Below the pieces are notes generated by a model, which was not told the DNA's origin, searched no databases, and saw only the letters and a program-made list of their open reading frames with translations. Shown piece after piece: positions 9,279-19,845 of a DNA stretch of 64,000 nt (the first letter of the stretch is position 1; each line of letters starts with the position of its first letter). Where the stretch lies: contig JAPLHB010000190.1 of assembly GCA_026389845.1 (NCBI GenBank), positions 9,845 through 73,844 on the forward strand. The letters run 5' to 3'. Source of the stretch: Chloroflexota bacterium. Lineage in GTDB: Bacteria > Chloroflexota > Anaerolineae > CG2-30-64-16. The position numbers and the translations under genes are program-made.

Positions 9279-11105
9279 TTGACCGCCCGCGTAGGCAATC
9301 AGGCCCGTGAGTTCTGGGAGGCGTTGCGCAATACGCCGGAAGCGTTTCGCCTGGTGTGGTTGGCCAGCCGCCGCGCGGCCCTGGCAGGGATCGGCCTGAC
9401 GCTGATCGCGGCCGTCCTGCCCGCCGGGCAGGCGTGGACCGGCAAGCTGATCGTTGATGCCATCGTCAGCGCCATCAAGCAGGGGATGGAACCGGTCGTC
9501 GGACTCCGCTTCGTCCTGCCCTACCTGGCGTTGGAGTTCGCCCTTCTGCTGATCAGTTCGGTGACGAGCCAGGTGAGGACTCTTTTTGATCGTATTCTCC
9601 AGTCGCAGCTCACCAATCACGTCAACAGCCTGATGATTCGCAAGGCGATCAGCCTGGACCTGCAGTTCTTCGAAGACCCGGTCTTCTACGACATGCTGCA
9701 AAATGCGCGGCGCCAGGCGGACACCAGCGCGCTCAACATCGTCAACTCCACGCTGCAGATGGTGCAACAGGTGATCACGCTGGCCTCCCTGGTCGTTTTG
9801 CTCCTGCGGTTCAGTCCGTGGCTTGCGGTCATCGTCTTCGTATCCGCTATCCCCTCCTTTCTTTCGCAATCCCAGTACGCCGAGCGTGCATTCCGCGCCG
9901 TCAGCCGCCGCGCGCCGGAATCCCGCCTCCTGAACTACCTGGAGATGCTGCTGACGGGCAACGACACCGTCAAGGAGATCAAGCTCTTCGGGCTGGGCGA
10001 GCCGCTTCTCAAGCGCTACCAGGAGCTCTTCACGCGGTTCTACCTGGAAGACCTCGGCATTGCCCAGCGGCGCACGCTTGCGGGGCTGGGCTGGGGCCTG
10101 TTATCCAACCTCGCCTACTACGGCAGCTATGCCTGGATCGTCCTGCGCACCGTCGCCGGCCGCATCACCCTGGGCGACATGACGATGTTCCTGGGGATCT
10201 TCCGGCAGTCCCAAAGCTCGATCCGCGCCCTGCTCGACGGCCTGAATCGCCTCTACGAGAGCAACCTGTACCTCGACAACCTGATGGACTATCTGAAGCT
10301 CCAGCCGCTGCTGGTCTCGCGCGCGGACGGCCTCATCGCGCCCGAACCGATCCGCCAGGGCATCGAGTTCCGGCACGTCTCGTTCTGCTACCCCGGTTCC
10401 GACACTTCTGTGCTCCGCGACATCAATCTGCACATCCGGCCCGGCGAGCGCATCGCGCTGGTCGGCCTGAACGGCGCGGGCAAGACGACGTTGATCAAGC
10501 TGCTCACGCGGTTGTACGACCCGACGGAGGGCCAGGTGCTGCTTGACGGTGTGGACCTGCGCGAGTATGACCTGAAGAGCCTGCACCAGCGGTTCGGTGT
10601 CATCTTCCAGGACTACGTGCGTTACCAGTTCACGGTGCGGGAGAACATCGGGTTCGGCCAGGTGGATGCGCTCGACGACCTGGCGCGGATCAAGGACGCG
10701 GCGGACCACGGCGGCGCCAGTCCGATCATCGAAAAGATGCCCCAGGGTTACGATACCATGCTGGGGCGGCGCTGGGAGAAGGGCCAGGAGCTGTCGGGCG
10801 GGCAGTGGCAGAAGATCGCGTTGGCCCGCGCATTCATGCGGAAAGCCGAAGTGCTGGTGTTGGACGAGCCCACTTCGGCGTTGGATGCGGAGGCGGAGTA
10901 TGAGGTATTCCGGCGCTTCGGCGAGCTGATGGAAGGTCGCATTGCCGTGCTCATCTCGCATCGTTTCTCCACCGTGCGCATGGCGGACCGGATCGTGGTG
11001 TTGGCAGCAGGCAAGATCCTCGAACTGGGCAGCCACGCCGAATTGATCCAACTGGATGGCGCGTATGCGCGGTTGTTCAATCTGCAGGCGGAAGGCTATC
11101 GCTAG
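9279..11105 (+). CDS. ABC transporter ATP-binding/permease protein (MsbA-like exporter)
   Basis: Six N-terminal TM helices; Walker A GLNGAGKTT, signature LSGGQWQKIALARAF, Walker B VLVLDEP. The track ORF begins 9135 and overlaps the upstream gene; an in-frame TTG at 9279 is a more plausible start. Confidence 0.75.
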   Translation: MTARVGNQAREFWEALRNTPEAFRLVWLASRRAALAGIGLTLIAAVLPAGQAWTGKLIVDAIVSAIKQGMEPVVGLRFVLPYLALEFALLLISSVTSQVRTLFDRILQSQLTNHVNSLMIRKAISLDLQFFEDPVFYDMLQNARRQADTSALNIVNSTLQMVQQVITLASLVVLLLRFSPWLAVIVFVSAIPSFLSQSQYAERAFRAVSRRAPESRLLNYLEMLLTGNDTVKEIKLFGLGEPLLKRYQELFTRFYLEDLGIAQRRTLAGLGWGLLSNLAYYGSYAWIVLRTVAGRITLGDMTMFLGIFRQSQSSIRALLDGLNRLYESNLYLDNLMDYLKLQPLLVSRADGLIAPEPIRQGIEFRHVSFCYPGSDTSVLRDINLHIRPGERIALVGLNGAGKTTLIKLLTRLYDPTEGQVLLDGVDLREYDLKSLHQRFGVIFQDYVRYQFTVRENIGFGQVDALDDLARIKDAADHGGASPIIEKMPQGYDTMLGRRWEKGQELSGGQWQKIALARAFMRKAEVLVLDEPTSALDAEAEYEVFRRFGELMEGRIAVLISHRFSTVRMADRIVVLAAGKILELGSHAELIQLDGAYARLFNLQAEGYR

Positions 11106-11304
11106 GCGCGAGCAGCGAGTGTACCATGGGTGCGAGGCCATGAAAGCTAGACACAGCCGACCACTTGGAGTATGATAGGCGCCATGAGCGAACCGACGGC
11201 CGTCGAGAAGATCTCTCAGGACTTGACCAGGGATGGATCATCATCAACCACGCCCGCCGCGCCGGCCTGAGCCAGAGGGAGATGGGGCCATACATCATGT
11301 TCTG

Positions 11305-11931
11305 ATGATCTCCTCGGGCATTTTCCACCCGCCCCTGGTGGGTCGGCTGCACCTCTGGCGCGGCCTGGCCGCGCCACCCGGCGTTCGCCTCCACCACGCT
11401 GGCTCCATCGAGGCGTTGGTCGGGGTCAAGCCGGGCGCGTTCAGTGCGATCGTGCTCTACTACCACTGCAAAACGCTTTCGCCCGCTGCCCTAGCCGCCC
11501 TGGATCGTTTCGCCCGTGCGGGCGGCGGCATCCTCGCCATGCACTCGGCCACAGCGTCCTTCAAAAACGATCCGGCTTACTTCGACATCCTCGGCGGAAG
11601 GTTCACTGGACACCCACCGGTAGGCCGGGTGGAAATCCGGCCGGTCTCAGAGGCCGACGAGGTGTTCGGTGCCATCGCGCCCTTCACGGTGACGGACGAA
11701 GCCTATCGGCACGATCTCCGGGACGACATCCGGGTGCACTTCGTCGCCCGCTGCGAGGAGACCGGAGATGGCCAGCTTCCGTTGGTCTGGACGCGCCGCC
11801 ACGACGCCGGCCGCGTCTGCTACGTCGGCCCGGGCCACCGGGCGGCCAGCCTGCGCCACCCCTGCATGGTCTCTATCCTCCAGCGCGGCCTGGCATGGGT
11901 CTGCGGGGCCGGCGGGGAGGTCGCGCCGTGA
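11305..11931 (+). CDS. ThuA domain-containing protein (trehalose-utilisation / class I glutamine-amidotransferase-like)
   Basis: ThuA-like sequence. Start refined to ATG 11305 (GAGGGAGATGG RBS). Translationally coupled (GTGA overlap) to a Gfo/Idh/MocA oxidoreductase, the usual partner. Confidence 0.55.
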   Translation: MISSGIFHPPLVGRLHLWRGLAAPPGVRLHHAGSIEALVGVKPGAFSAIVLYYHCKTLSPAALAALDRFARAGGGILAMHSATASFKNDPAYFDILGGRFTGHPPVGRVEIRPVSEADEVFGAIAPFTVTDEAYRHDLRDDIRVHFVARCEETGDGQLPLVWTRRHDAGRVCYVGPGHRAASLRHPCMVSILQRGLAWVCGAGGEVAP

Positions 11932-12971
11932 GCCGGTACATCCTGGATTTAGCCATCGTCGGCTGCGGCGACGTGGCCCGCTACACTGCCTGGTTCGCCA
12001 GGCTCAACCGCGGCATCCGCCTGGCGGCCTGCTGCGACAGTGTGCCCGAACGCGCGGCGCAGTTCGCGCGGCGCTTCCGAATCCCGCAAGTCTTCAGCGA
12101 TTACGGCCAGTTGCTGGCGGCTTTGGTGTCTGGCCGATCTCAACAGCCGGCACAAGCGACCGCGGCCGCGGTCTATCTGGCCGTGCCGCACCATTTGCAC
12201 GCTCCGATGGTCGAGCGGGCCATCAGAGCCGACATACCGGCCTTGGTCGAAAAGCCGCTGACACGCACGCTGGCCGAAGGGCAGGAGATCGTCGCAGCCG
12301 CGCAGGCGCGCGGGGTCAAGGTGGGCGTGAACTATCAGTACCGCTACGACGCTGGCTGCTACGCCCTGGCCCGCGCCGTCCAGGCCGGCGCGCTGGGCGA
12401 GATCCGCTACGCCCGGTGCAATCTCCCCTGGCATCGCGACGACCGCTACTTCGCCGGCGCAGGGTGGCACGCCCACCTCGTCACGGCCGGCGGCGGCACG
12501 TTGCTCACCCAAGGCAGCCACCTGTTGGATGTCGTCCTGTGGGCGCTCGGTGGCCGGCCGGTCACGGCGATGGGCTACACTGCCCGGCGCGCCTTCGGTC
12601 AGGTGGAGGTGGAGGATCTGGCCCAGGGGATCATCGAGATGGCGGATGGCGCGTTGGTGGAGGTCTGTAGCTCGATGGTCGCCCATGCGGAGCAGGCAGC
12701 CAGCATCGAGGTCTATGGCGCACGGGGCACGGCAATTTACAGCAACCGCCCCTGGCCGCACGTGCAGTTCCTCGGGGTGCGCCCGGCCCGAGAGGCGCCG
12801 CCGGGCGGGCGCATCCACGCCCTGCAGCGCAGCCTGGAGGGCTTCCGCGCCTGGATCGTCGAGGGGCGATCCTACCTGACCCCCGCGGCCGAGGCGTTAC
12901 CCGTCCTGGCCGCCGTTGACGCCATCTATCGCTCAAGCCGCACCGGCCGCCGCGAGGCTGTGACTCTGTGA
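11928..12971 (+). CDS. Gfo/Idh/MocA family oxidoreductase
   Basis: N-terminal Rossmann LAIVGCGDVARYTAW, EKPL motif (VEKPLTRTL) and a conserved C-terminal domain. GTG start overlaps the stop of thuA. Confidence 0.75.
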   Translation: MSRYILDLAIVGCGDVARYTAWFARLNRGIRLAACCDSVPERAAQFARRFRIPQVFSDYGQLLAALVSGRSQQPAQATAAAVYLAVPHHLHAPMVERAIRADIPALVEKPLTRTLAEGQEIVAAAQARGVKVGVNYQYRYDAGCYALARAVQAGALGEIRYARCNLPWHRDDRYFAGAGWHAHLVTAGGGTLLTQGSHLLDVVLWALGGRPVTAMGYTARRAFGQVEVEDLAQGIIEMADGALVEVCSSMVAHAEQAASIEVYGARGTAIYSNRPWPHVQFLGVRPAREAPPGGRIHALQRSLEGFRAWIVEGRSYLTPAAEALPVLAAVDAIYRSSRTGRREAVTL

Positions 12972-12990
12972 ATCTTCCACAAACTCTGAG

Positions 12991-14463
12991 GTGAACATGC
13001 CCACAACTGCCCCTCCTTCATCCGACAAGCTGCCGCTCTGGCGGAAAATCGGCTACGGCCTGGGTGACATCTACGGCGGCGGGTCTCTTGTCCTCGTCAG
13101 CTTCTACTACCTGATCTTCCTCACCGACGTCATCAGGCTCAATCCCGCCCTGGCGGGCACGGTGATCCTCATCAGCAAGGCCTACGATGCGATCACCGAC
13201 CCGTTCGAAGGGGTGCTCTCGGATCGGACGCGCACAAGGCTGGGCCGGAGGCGGCCTTATCTGCTCGCCGGCATCCCGCTGATCTTCCTATCCTTCTTTG
13301 GTCTCTTCTATCCCACCGACCTCAGCTCGGAAGGCGCTCGGTTCGCGTTTGTAATGGCCACCTACCTTTTCTTCTCCACCGTGGTCAGCTTGGTGATGCT
13401 CAACTACAACGCGCTGCAGGCCGAGATCACGCTAGACTACCACGAACGCACCTCGCTCAGCTCGATCCGCATCGGCTTCTCCACCCTCTCGTCCATCGTG
13501 GCTGCGCTGGTGCCATTGGAGATCGTCAAGAGCTTTGGCGACGTGCGCCAGGGCTACATCGTGATGGGTCTGGTCTTCGGCGCGCTGTTCGCCCTCCCCT
13601 TCATCGCCACCGTGGCCGCAGTTCGCGAGCGACGCGAGTTCCAGAAGCCGCCTGAACGGCTGGATCTGGCCGCGACCCTACTACGGCCGTTCCGCGTGCG
13701 CACCTTCGTGTTCGCCCTGCTCATGTACCTGTTCGCCTTCGTCGCCATGGATGCCGTCAGCAGCATCGTGGTCTACTTCATGAAGTACTACCTGGGCCGG
13801 GGCAGCGAAGCCAACTACGTGGCAGGCACGCTGCTCGTCTTCCAGGTGCTGTCCTTGCCTCTGTATGTGGCGCTCAGCCGCCGCACCAGCAAGCGTTTCG
13901 GCTTCATGGTTGGCGGGATCACCTGGATCGCCGTGATGTTCGTCAGCTTCCTGATCACGCCCGCCAGCCCCTGGCTCCTGGTTTACATCTTCGCCGCCCT
14001 GATCGGCCTGGGCACAGGGGGCATCGTGGTGATGATCTACGCCATCTTCCCGGACATCCCGGATGTGGACGAGCTGCAGTCCGGCCAGCGCCGCGAGGGC
14101 ATCTACGGCGCGCTCATCTCGCTCTCGCGCAAGCTCAGCTCCGCCCTCGCCATCTTCGCCGTCGCCAATGCCCTGGGGCTGGCCGGCTACGTCCGGCCTG
14201 TCGAGCAGGTCGTTGGCGGTTTCAAGAAGCTGGTGGACCAACCGCAGTCGGCGGAGTTCGTGCTGGTGCTCCGGCTGATCTTCGCGGTCCTGCCGGTGAT
14301 TTTGGTCGCCTGCTCCGTCTTCTTCGCCAGCCGCTATCCGCTGAACGGCCAGGTTCACACGCGGCTAAACGCGCTGCTGACCCAGCGCCGCGGCGGCGCG
14401 CCGGAGACCCCGGAGATGACGGCCGAGGCGGAGGCCTTGAAACGCCTGCTCATCAACGCGTAA
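12991..14463 (+). CDS. MFS transporter, glycoside-pentoside-hexuronide (GPH):cation symporter family
   Basis: 12 TM helices; N-terminal GYGLGD...LVSFYYLIFLTDV typical of MelB/GPH transporters. Confidence 0.7.
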   Translation: MNMPTTAPPSSDKLPLWRKIGYGLGDIYGGGSLVLVSFYYLIFLTDVIRLNPALAGTVILISKAYDAITDPFEGVLSDRTRTRLGRRRPYLLAGIPLIFLSFFGLFYPTDLSSEGARFAFVMATYLFFSTVVSLVMLNYNALQAEITLDYHERTSLSSIRIGFSTLSSIVAALVPLEIVKSFGDVRQGYIVMGLVFGALFALPFIATVAAVRERREFQKPPERLDLAATLLRPFRVRTFVFALLMYLFAFVAMDAVSSIVVYFMKYYLGRGSEANYVAGTLLVFQVLSLPLYVALSRRTSKRFGFMVGGITWIAVMFVSFLITPASPWLLVYIFAALIGLGTGGIVVMIYAIFPDIPDVDELQSGQRREGIYGALISLSRKLSSALAIFAVANALGLAGYVRPVEQVVGGFKKLVDQPQSAEFVLVLRLIFAVLPVILVACSVFFASRYPLNGQVHTRLNALLTQRRGGAPETPEMTAEAEALKRLLINA

Positions 14464-14473
14464 AGGGGTCAGA

Positions 14474-16489
14474 ATGACCACCATCCACGCATCGCCAAGC
14501 TATCGCATCCGCGCTGCGACACCACCGCCGCCGGGCTACCCAACGCAGCCCACACCCGACGTCTACACCGCGGAGCCGGACGCGGCCGGCTTCGAGGCGC
14601 GGCGCGCGGCGTTCCTGGCCCATTGCCTGGCCAACCCTGCGCCGGAGAACACCAAGATCGTCTCATACGAGCTGGCGCGGCTGGCGGCCGGCGGGACGGT
14701 TCACGAGGCCGCGATTCAGGCCGCGCTGGACTTCATAGACGCGCGCCGCGACTGCGCAGACTTCGCCCTGCACGGCGTTTTGCGGCTGCTGTACCAGTTC
14801 GGCGACCACCCCGGTTTGAGCCGCGACCTGGTGGCACGCTGCCGGCAGACGGTCTTGCGCTTCAAGTACTGGCCAGACGAGCCAGGCGCCGACTCCCTCT
14901 GCACCTGGACGGAAAACCATCACATCCTGTTCGCCAGCGCCGGCTACCTGGCCGGGCAGATGTTCCCCGATGCCGCCTTCACTAACTCCGGTCATACTGG
15001 TGCGGAGAAGATAGCGCTTTGCGGGCCGCGCATCCGGCGCTGGCTCGATCTCCGCTTTCGCACCGGCTTCTCCGAGTGGCTCTCGCACGTCTACTACGAC
15101 GAGGATCTGACCGCGCTCCTCTCCCTGGCCGATTTCTGCCGAGACACCGAGATCGGCGGCCGGGCGGCCATGGTGACCGACCTCCTGCTGCTCGATGTAG
15201 CTCTCAACAGCTTCCGCGGGGTGTTCGGCAGCAGCCACGGCCGCGCCTACGAGAACACCAAGAAATGGGCCAGCAACGAGGGGACGACCGACATCGCGAA
15301 GCTGCTGTTCGGCATGGGCCAATACTCAGGATTCGACAACATGAGCGCCGTCGCGTTCGCGCTCAGCCCCAACTACCGCATGCCACCGGCCATCGCCGCC
15401 ATCGCGGGCGACCTGGGCCGCGGCATCATGGAGAACCGGCAGCGGATGGGCATCCGCCTGGCCGAGGCGGCGCGCTGGGGGCTGGGCGCCGAGAGCTTCG
15501 AGGACGGCATGACCTACCTGACGCTAGAAGCATATCTCCACCCGCGCACCGTGGGCCTGGTCATGCGCATGTTCGATGCGTTCGGCTGGTGGGACAACGC
15601 GTTTTTCGCGCCGTTCAAACCCTATCGGCGGCTGCTGGGGCTCCTGCGCCGGACGGGCACCCTGCGCCTGTTGGCGCGCGCGCTGGAATGGGACCTGTGC
15701 CGCAACACGCGCGAAGAGGTGAACGTCCTGACCTATCGCACGCCCGACACGATGCTGAGCTGTGCGCAAGACTACCGGCCCGGCTACGGGGGCGATCAGC
15801 AACACATCTGGCAGGCGACGCTGGGCCCCGACGCCGTCTGTTTCACCACGCACCCCGCCAGGCTGTCAGGCCCATCGCCCAACTACTGGGCCGGATCAGG
15901 CGTGTTGCCCCGGGCGGCGCAGGCCGGCAACGTGGTCATCGCGATCTACCGCATCCACCGGAGGCCGGCGCTCTACGTGCGCGGACGCCTCGCCTTCACC
16001 CACGCCTGGCTGCCGCGCGACCAGTTCGACGAAGTGGTCGAGCGTGACGGCTGGATCTTCGCCGCCAAGGGGGATGGCTACCTGGCGCTGCGCTCGCAGC
16101 GGCCCTACCGTTGGCAGGAAAAACCTGGCGAGGATCAGGGGCGCGAGATCATCGCCGAGGGCGACAGCAACATCTGGCTCTGCGAGCTGGGACGTCGCGC
16201 AACCGACGGCGAGTTCGGCGCTTTCATCGCCCGCATCTGTCGCGCCCCCGTGCACTACGACAGGCTGAGCGTCACGTACAACTCGCCCTCGCAGGGCAAG
16301 CTGGCGTTCGGCTGGCGCGGTCCCCTGCGCCGCGACGGGCCGGTCGTGCCGCTGCACGGCTACGGCCGCTACGAGAACCCCTACGTGCGCGCCGACTTCC
16401 CCGCCGAGCGCGTGGCCGTGCGCGCCGGCGGACATGCGCTCGAACTGGATTGGAAGCAAATGAGCCGCCAGTGGGAGGGATTGCTATGA
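14474..16489 (+). CDS. hypothetical protein, probable polysaccharide-active enzyme (heparinase II/III-like alpha/alpha-toroid suspected)
   Basis: 671 aa with no signal peptide and many Trp/His; placement in the sugar-utilisation locus. Fold assignment is a guess. Confidence 0.3.
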   Translation: MTTIHASPSYRIRAATPPPPGYPTQPTPDVYTAEPDAAGFEARRAAFLAHCLANPAPENTKIVSYELARLAAGGTVHEAAIQAALDFIDARRDCADFALHGVLRLLYQFGDHPGLSRDLVARCRQTVLRFKYWPDEPGADSLCTWTENHHILFASAGYLAGQMFPDAAFTNSGHTGAEKIALCGPRIRRWLDLRFRTGFSEWLSHVYYDEDLTALLSLADFCRDTEIGGRAAMVTDLLLLDVALNSFRGVFGSSHGRAYENTKKWASNEGTTDIAKLLFGMGQYSGFDNMSAVAFALSPNYRMPPAIAAIAGDLGRGIMENRQRMGIRLAEAARWGLGAESFEDGMTYLTLEAYLHPRTVGLVMRMFDAFGWWDNAFFAPFKPYRRLLGLLRRTGTLRLLARALEWDLCRNTREEVNVLTYRTPDTMLSCAQDYRPGYGGDQQHIWQATLGPDAVCFTTHPARLSGPSPNYWAGSGVLPRAAQAGNVVIAIYRIHRRPALYVRGRLAFTHAWLPRDQFDEVVERDGWIFAAKGDGYLALRSQRPYRWQEKPGEDQGREIIAEGDSNIWLCELGRRATDGEFGAFIARICRAPVHYDRLSVTYNSPSQGKLAFGWRGPLRRDGPVVPLHGYGRYENPYVRADFPAERVAVRAGGHALELDWKQMSRQWEGLL

Positions 16490-16534
16490 AAAACCGAATT
16501 GTCCTACTCATCATCCCACCGGAGAGGTTTGGAC

Positions 16535-16996
16535 ATGAGAAACACGCCCGAAGCCAAAAAGGCACAACTGCTCGCCGATCTGACCGCGGCCCGCGGTGAG
16601 GTCACCGACGCCGTAACCGCGCTCGCAGCCGAAGACCGCGACGTGCCGTTCCTCGGAGTCTGGTCAGCGCATGACATCGTGGCGCACCTGGTCGGGTGGG
16701 ACGGCGCCAACCTGGAAGCGATCGAGGCGATCCAGACCGATCGCCTGCCCGCCTGCTATGCTGCCTATGACCCTGACTGGCGCACCTTCAACGCCGGGCT
16801 GGTGGCCGGGCACAAGCGGGCCACACTGGCCGAGACGCTGGCTGCGGCCCAGGCATCTCATCAGACGCTGCTGGATCGGCTGGCCGCTCTTCCGGCCGCG
16901 GAGATCAGCCGAGATTACGCGGTGCACTCGCCCGGAGGCCGGCGGGTGACGATCGCCATGCTGCTCGGCGTCGAGGCCGGCGTATCCTCTCAATAA
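16535..16996 (+). CDS. ClbS/DfsB family four-helix-bundle protein (DUF1706-like)
   Basis: GVWSAHDIVAHLVGWD pattern. Start at ATG 16535 with a GGAGAGG RBS. Confidence 0.45.
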   Translation: MRNTPEAKKAQLLADLTAARGEVTDAVTALAAEDRDVPFLGVWSAHDIVAHLVGWDGANLEAIEAIQTDRLPACYAAYDPDWRTFNAGLVAGHKRATLAETLAAAQASHQTLLDRLAALPAAEISRDYAVHSPGGRRVTIAMLLGVEAGVSSQ

Positions 16997-17141
16997 TCCG
17001 TGGTAGGGGCATGGCCTTGCGCCTGCCCGCTTGGGCGACCGCAAGGGTGCGCCCCTACAAATTGAGAAGATGCAGGCCGGCGACGAGCACAAGCACGCCG
17101 GCCAGATTCGGGCGTTCGCCGCACAGGGAAAGGAGTAACCT

Positions 17142-18149
17142 ATGTCCTGGCAAGAACAACTCAGAGGCGATCCGCTGCCGTGGCTGCTGGAGACGGATGC
17201 GCCGGGAGTGCGGCACCTGGCGCTGCGCGACCTGCTCGATCTCGCGCCGGATGACCCGCAGCTCGCGGCTGCCCGCCGCGCGGCGCACCAGGCCGGGCCG
17301 ATTGCGACTATCCTCGGCCAGATGGACGAAACCGGTTTCTGGGCCGAGCCTGGCCCAGGCTACCTGCCCAAGTACCGCTCCACCGTCTGGTCGGTCATCC
17401 TGCTGGCGCAACTGGGCGCGTCGGCGGCCGAAGACGAGCGGATCGGACGGGCGTGCGGATACGTCCTGGATCATGCCCTGACCCCGCGCGGCCAGTTCTC
17501 GATATCCGGTCCGCCCTCCGGCACAGTTGACTGTTTACAGGGCAACCTGTGCTGGGCCTTGCTCGAGCTAGGCTGCCGCGATCCCCGGCTGGAAACGGCG
17601 TTCGACTGGCTGGCCCGCAGCGTTACGGGCGAGGGTATCGCCCCCCTGGAAGATCGAGAGGCGGCCGTGCGCTACTACGCGGGCAAATGCGGCCCGACCT
17701 TCGCCTGCGGAGCGAACAACAAGCTGCCGTGTGCCTGGGGCGCGGTCAAGGTGATGTTGGCGCTCGGCAAATGGCCCGCCGACCGTCGGACGCCGTCCAT
17801 GCAGCGGGCCATCGAGCAAGGCGTCGCCTTCCTGTTGGGCGCCGATCCCGCGTTGGCCGAGTATCCCAATGGTTGGGCCGACAAGCCGAGCGGCAACTGG
17901 GGGAAGTTCGGCTTCCCTGTCTTCTACGTCACCGATCTGCTACAGAACGTCGAGGCGCTGGTCGCGCTGGGCTATGGCCGCGATCCCCGCCTGGCCCACG
18001 CGCTCGACGTCATCCGCGAGAAGCAAGATGCCGGCGGACGCTGGCCGCTGGAGTATGACTACACCGGCAAGACCTGGGCCGACTTCGGGCCCAAGAAGCA
18101 GCCCAATAAGTGGGTCACCCTCCGGGCTTTGCGAGTCCTGAAGGCATAA
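17142..18149 (+). CDS. prenyltransferase/squalene-oxidase repeat-containing protein (alpha/alpha toroid)
   Basis: Repeated aromatic- and Gly-rich segments (DAGGRWPLEYDYTGKTWADFG, ETGFWAEPGPGYL) reminiscent of terpene-cyclase/prenyltransferase repeats. Confidence 0.4.
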   Translation: MSWQEQLRGDPLPWLLETDAPGVRHLALRDLLDLAPDDPQLAAARRAAHQAGPIATILGQMDETGFWAEPGPGYLPKYRSTVWSVILLAQLGASAAEDERIGRACGYVLDHALTPRGQFSISGPPSGTVDCLQGNLCWALLELGCRDPRLETAFDWLARSVTGEGIAPLEDREAAVRYYAGKCGPTFACGANNKLPCAWGAVKVMLALGKWPADRRTPSMQRAIEQGVAFLLGADPALAEYPNGWADKPSGNWGKFGFPVFYVTDLLQNVEALVALGYGRDPRLAHALDVIREKQDAGGRWPLEYDYTGKTWADFGPKKQPNKWVTLRALRVLKA

Positions 18150-18467
18150 CCCAAGATCCTCAGCGTCCCGCCGGACGAACGCCAGGGGTGGGAAGAAGCC
18201 CTGGCTGAAATCATGGATCACACCGGCCTGCTCCGCGACCCCGCCCGCTTCGTCGAGCTTCTGGAACAGACCTTGGAGGGGGCATGACAGCCGTCGCGTT
18301 GACACAACACACAGAATGTGTTAGTGATGCTACAACACCTGACCCGGACAAGCCGGAGCCAGGTAGGCGAGAACCACAAAGACACCAAGACACAAAGCCC
18401 ATCAGGTGCTTTCTTGGAGCCTTCGTGTCACTTGGTGGTGAATTTCCTCGCGCGTAACTCCTGTTGA

Positions 18468-19316
18468 CGAAAGAAGGCCACAACCACGTTCGAGCTACCC
18501 GAATTCATCACCCTGGCCCGGCAGATCAACGAGACCCTGACGGGCAAGACCATCAGTCGCGGCTCCCTGGGCAACTCGCCCCACAAGTTCGTCTGGTACA
18601 ACCGGACCCATGAGGAGTTCGCCGGACTGACCGCGGGCAAGACCATCGGTGAGGCGCACGCGCGGGGAAAATGGCTGTTCGTGCCCCTCGACCCCGGCTA
18701 TCTCCTGCTGATCGGGGAATTCGGAGGCCGGCTGCTCTATCATCCGGCCGGTGCGACGCTGCCGGAGAAGTACCACCTGTGGCTGGCGTTCGAAGACGGC
18801 TCCTCGCTCACCGCGCTGACGCAGATGTGGGGCGCGCTGGAGTTGTACCAGGCCGGTCAGGAACGCGAGCGCCAGTACGTGAAAGGGATGCGTCCCACCC
18901 CGGTCGAGCCTGACTTTACCTTCGACGCCTTCGCGGCCCTGATCGCCGGCCTGCTGGCGGGTGAGAAGCGGAGCGTCAAGGCGTTGCTCACCCAAGACCA
19001 GCTCCTCCCCGGCCTGGGCAACGCCATCGCCCAGGACATCATGTTTCGCGCCGGCCTGCACCCCAAACATCCGCTCAGCGACCTCCGCGCAGCGCAACAA
19101 CGCGGCCTCTATGATGCCATCCTCACCACCGTACACGCGGCCATCGCCCGGGGCGGCCGTTATGACGAGTTCGATCTCTACAACCGGTCGGGCGGGTATC
19201 AGCGCCTGATGGACAGCCGGGCCGTGGGCCGGCCCTGTCCCGTGTGCGGCGCCGCCATCGAGAAGATCCAGTATCTCGGCGGCGCGTGCTACTTCTGCCC
19301 GCGCTGCCAGGTTTGA
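18468..19316 (+). pseudogene. Fpg/Nei family DNA glycosylase, N-terminally disrupted (no start codon; catalytic Pro2 replaced)
   Basis: Frame is open from the TGA at 18465-67. Translation TFELPEFITLARQINETLTGKTI aligns to the Fpg N-terminus MPELPEVETSRR..L.G.TI but has Thr-Phe in place of Met-Pro and no ATG/GTG/TTG. H2TH region and C-terminal zinc finger CPVCGAAIEKIQYLGGACYFCPRCQ are intact. The track ORF starts only at GTG 18681. Confidence 0.5.
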
Positions 19317-19845
19317 GAAGGCGAGGGGAAGCGCGCAAAGCTCTGGGGCGCGGAGCTGGCGCAGGCGATGAAGTGACCGGCCCGCGCTCATGGGCTGCTG
19401 GATCAGGCGCCGGCGCGTGTAGGCGCCGGCGCGAGCCGCGGAGGCTGTCATGCCAAGACCAACGACGAAAGCCCAAAGCCTGGCCGACACCTGACTGAAT
19501 GGGAGCAGACGAGGAAAGCCATTTTCGTGCGCCGCGATCTGCCGGGCGGCGGGTCCCCAAACCCAACGGGGGGTGCAATCCAGTCTACGCGCCATGTTCC
19601 CTCACCACAGGCGGCACTCGTCGAGCGTACACTCGAAGGCCATGGTAGCGCTTCTGTTCGATCATCCCAAGTCATGGCGCCGTGGAAGCTAGTACTGACG
19701 ACGGCCGGTGGTCGTCTTCAAGTTCAGTGAGTTTCCCAAAAGGAAAGTATTGTGCTAAACTTGGATACCAGAAAGTGTGTAGCCTCGCAACACGCGTTCT
19801 GTGCTTGTTGGATCATCTTTGCTTCGTGATGCTGAACTGATCGCC

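Noticed and set aside
18290-18470. Low-GC 180-bp block upstream of the Fpg remnant as a possible ncRNA or promoter
   Set aside because: Contains only a weak TTGACA without a convincing -10 and a short 6-bp palindrome; insufficient to call.
18495-19595. 366-aa minus-strand ORF
   Set aside because: Arg/Ala-rich, no domain signal; exactly antisense to the Fpg/Nei coding region. A typical high-GC shadow ORF.
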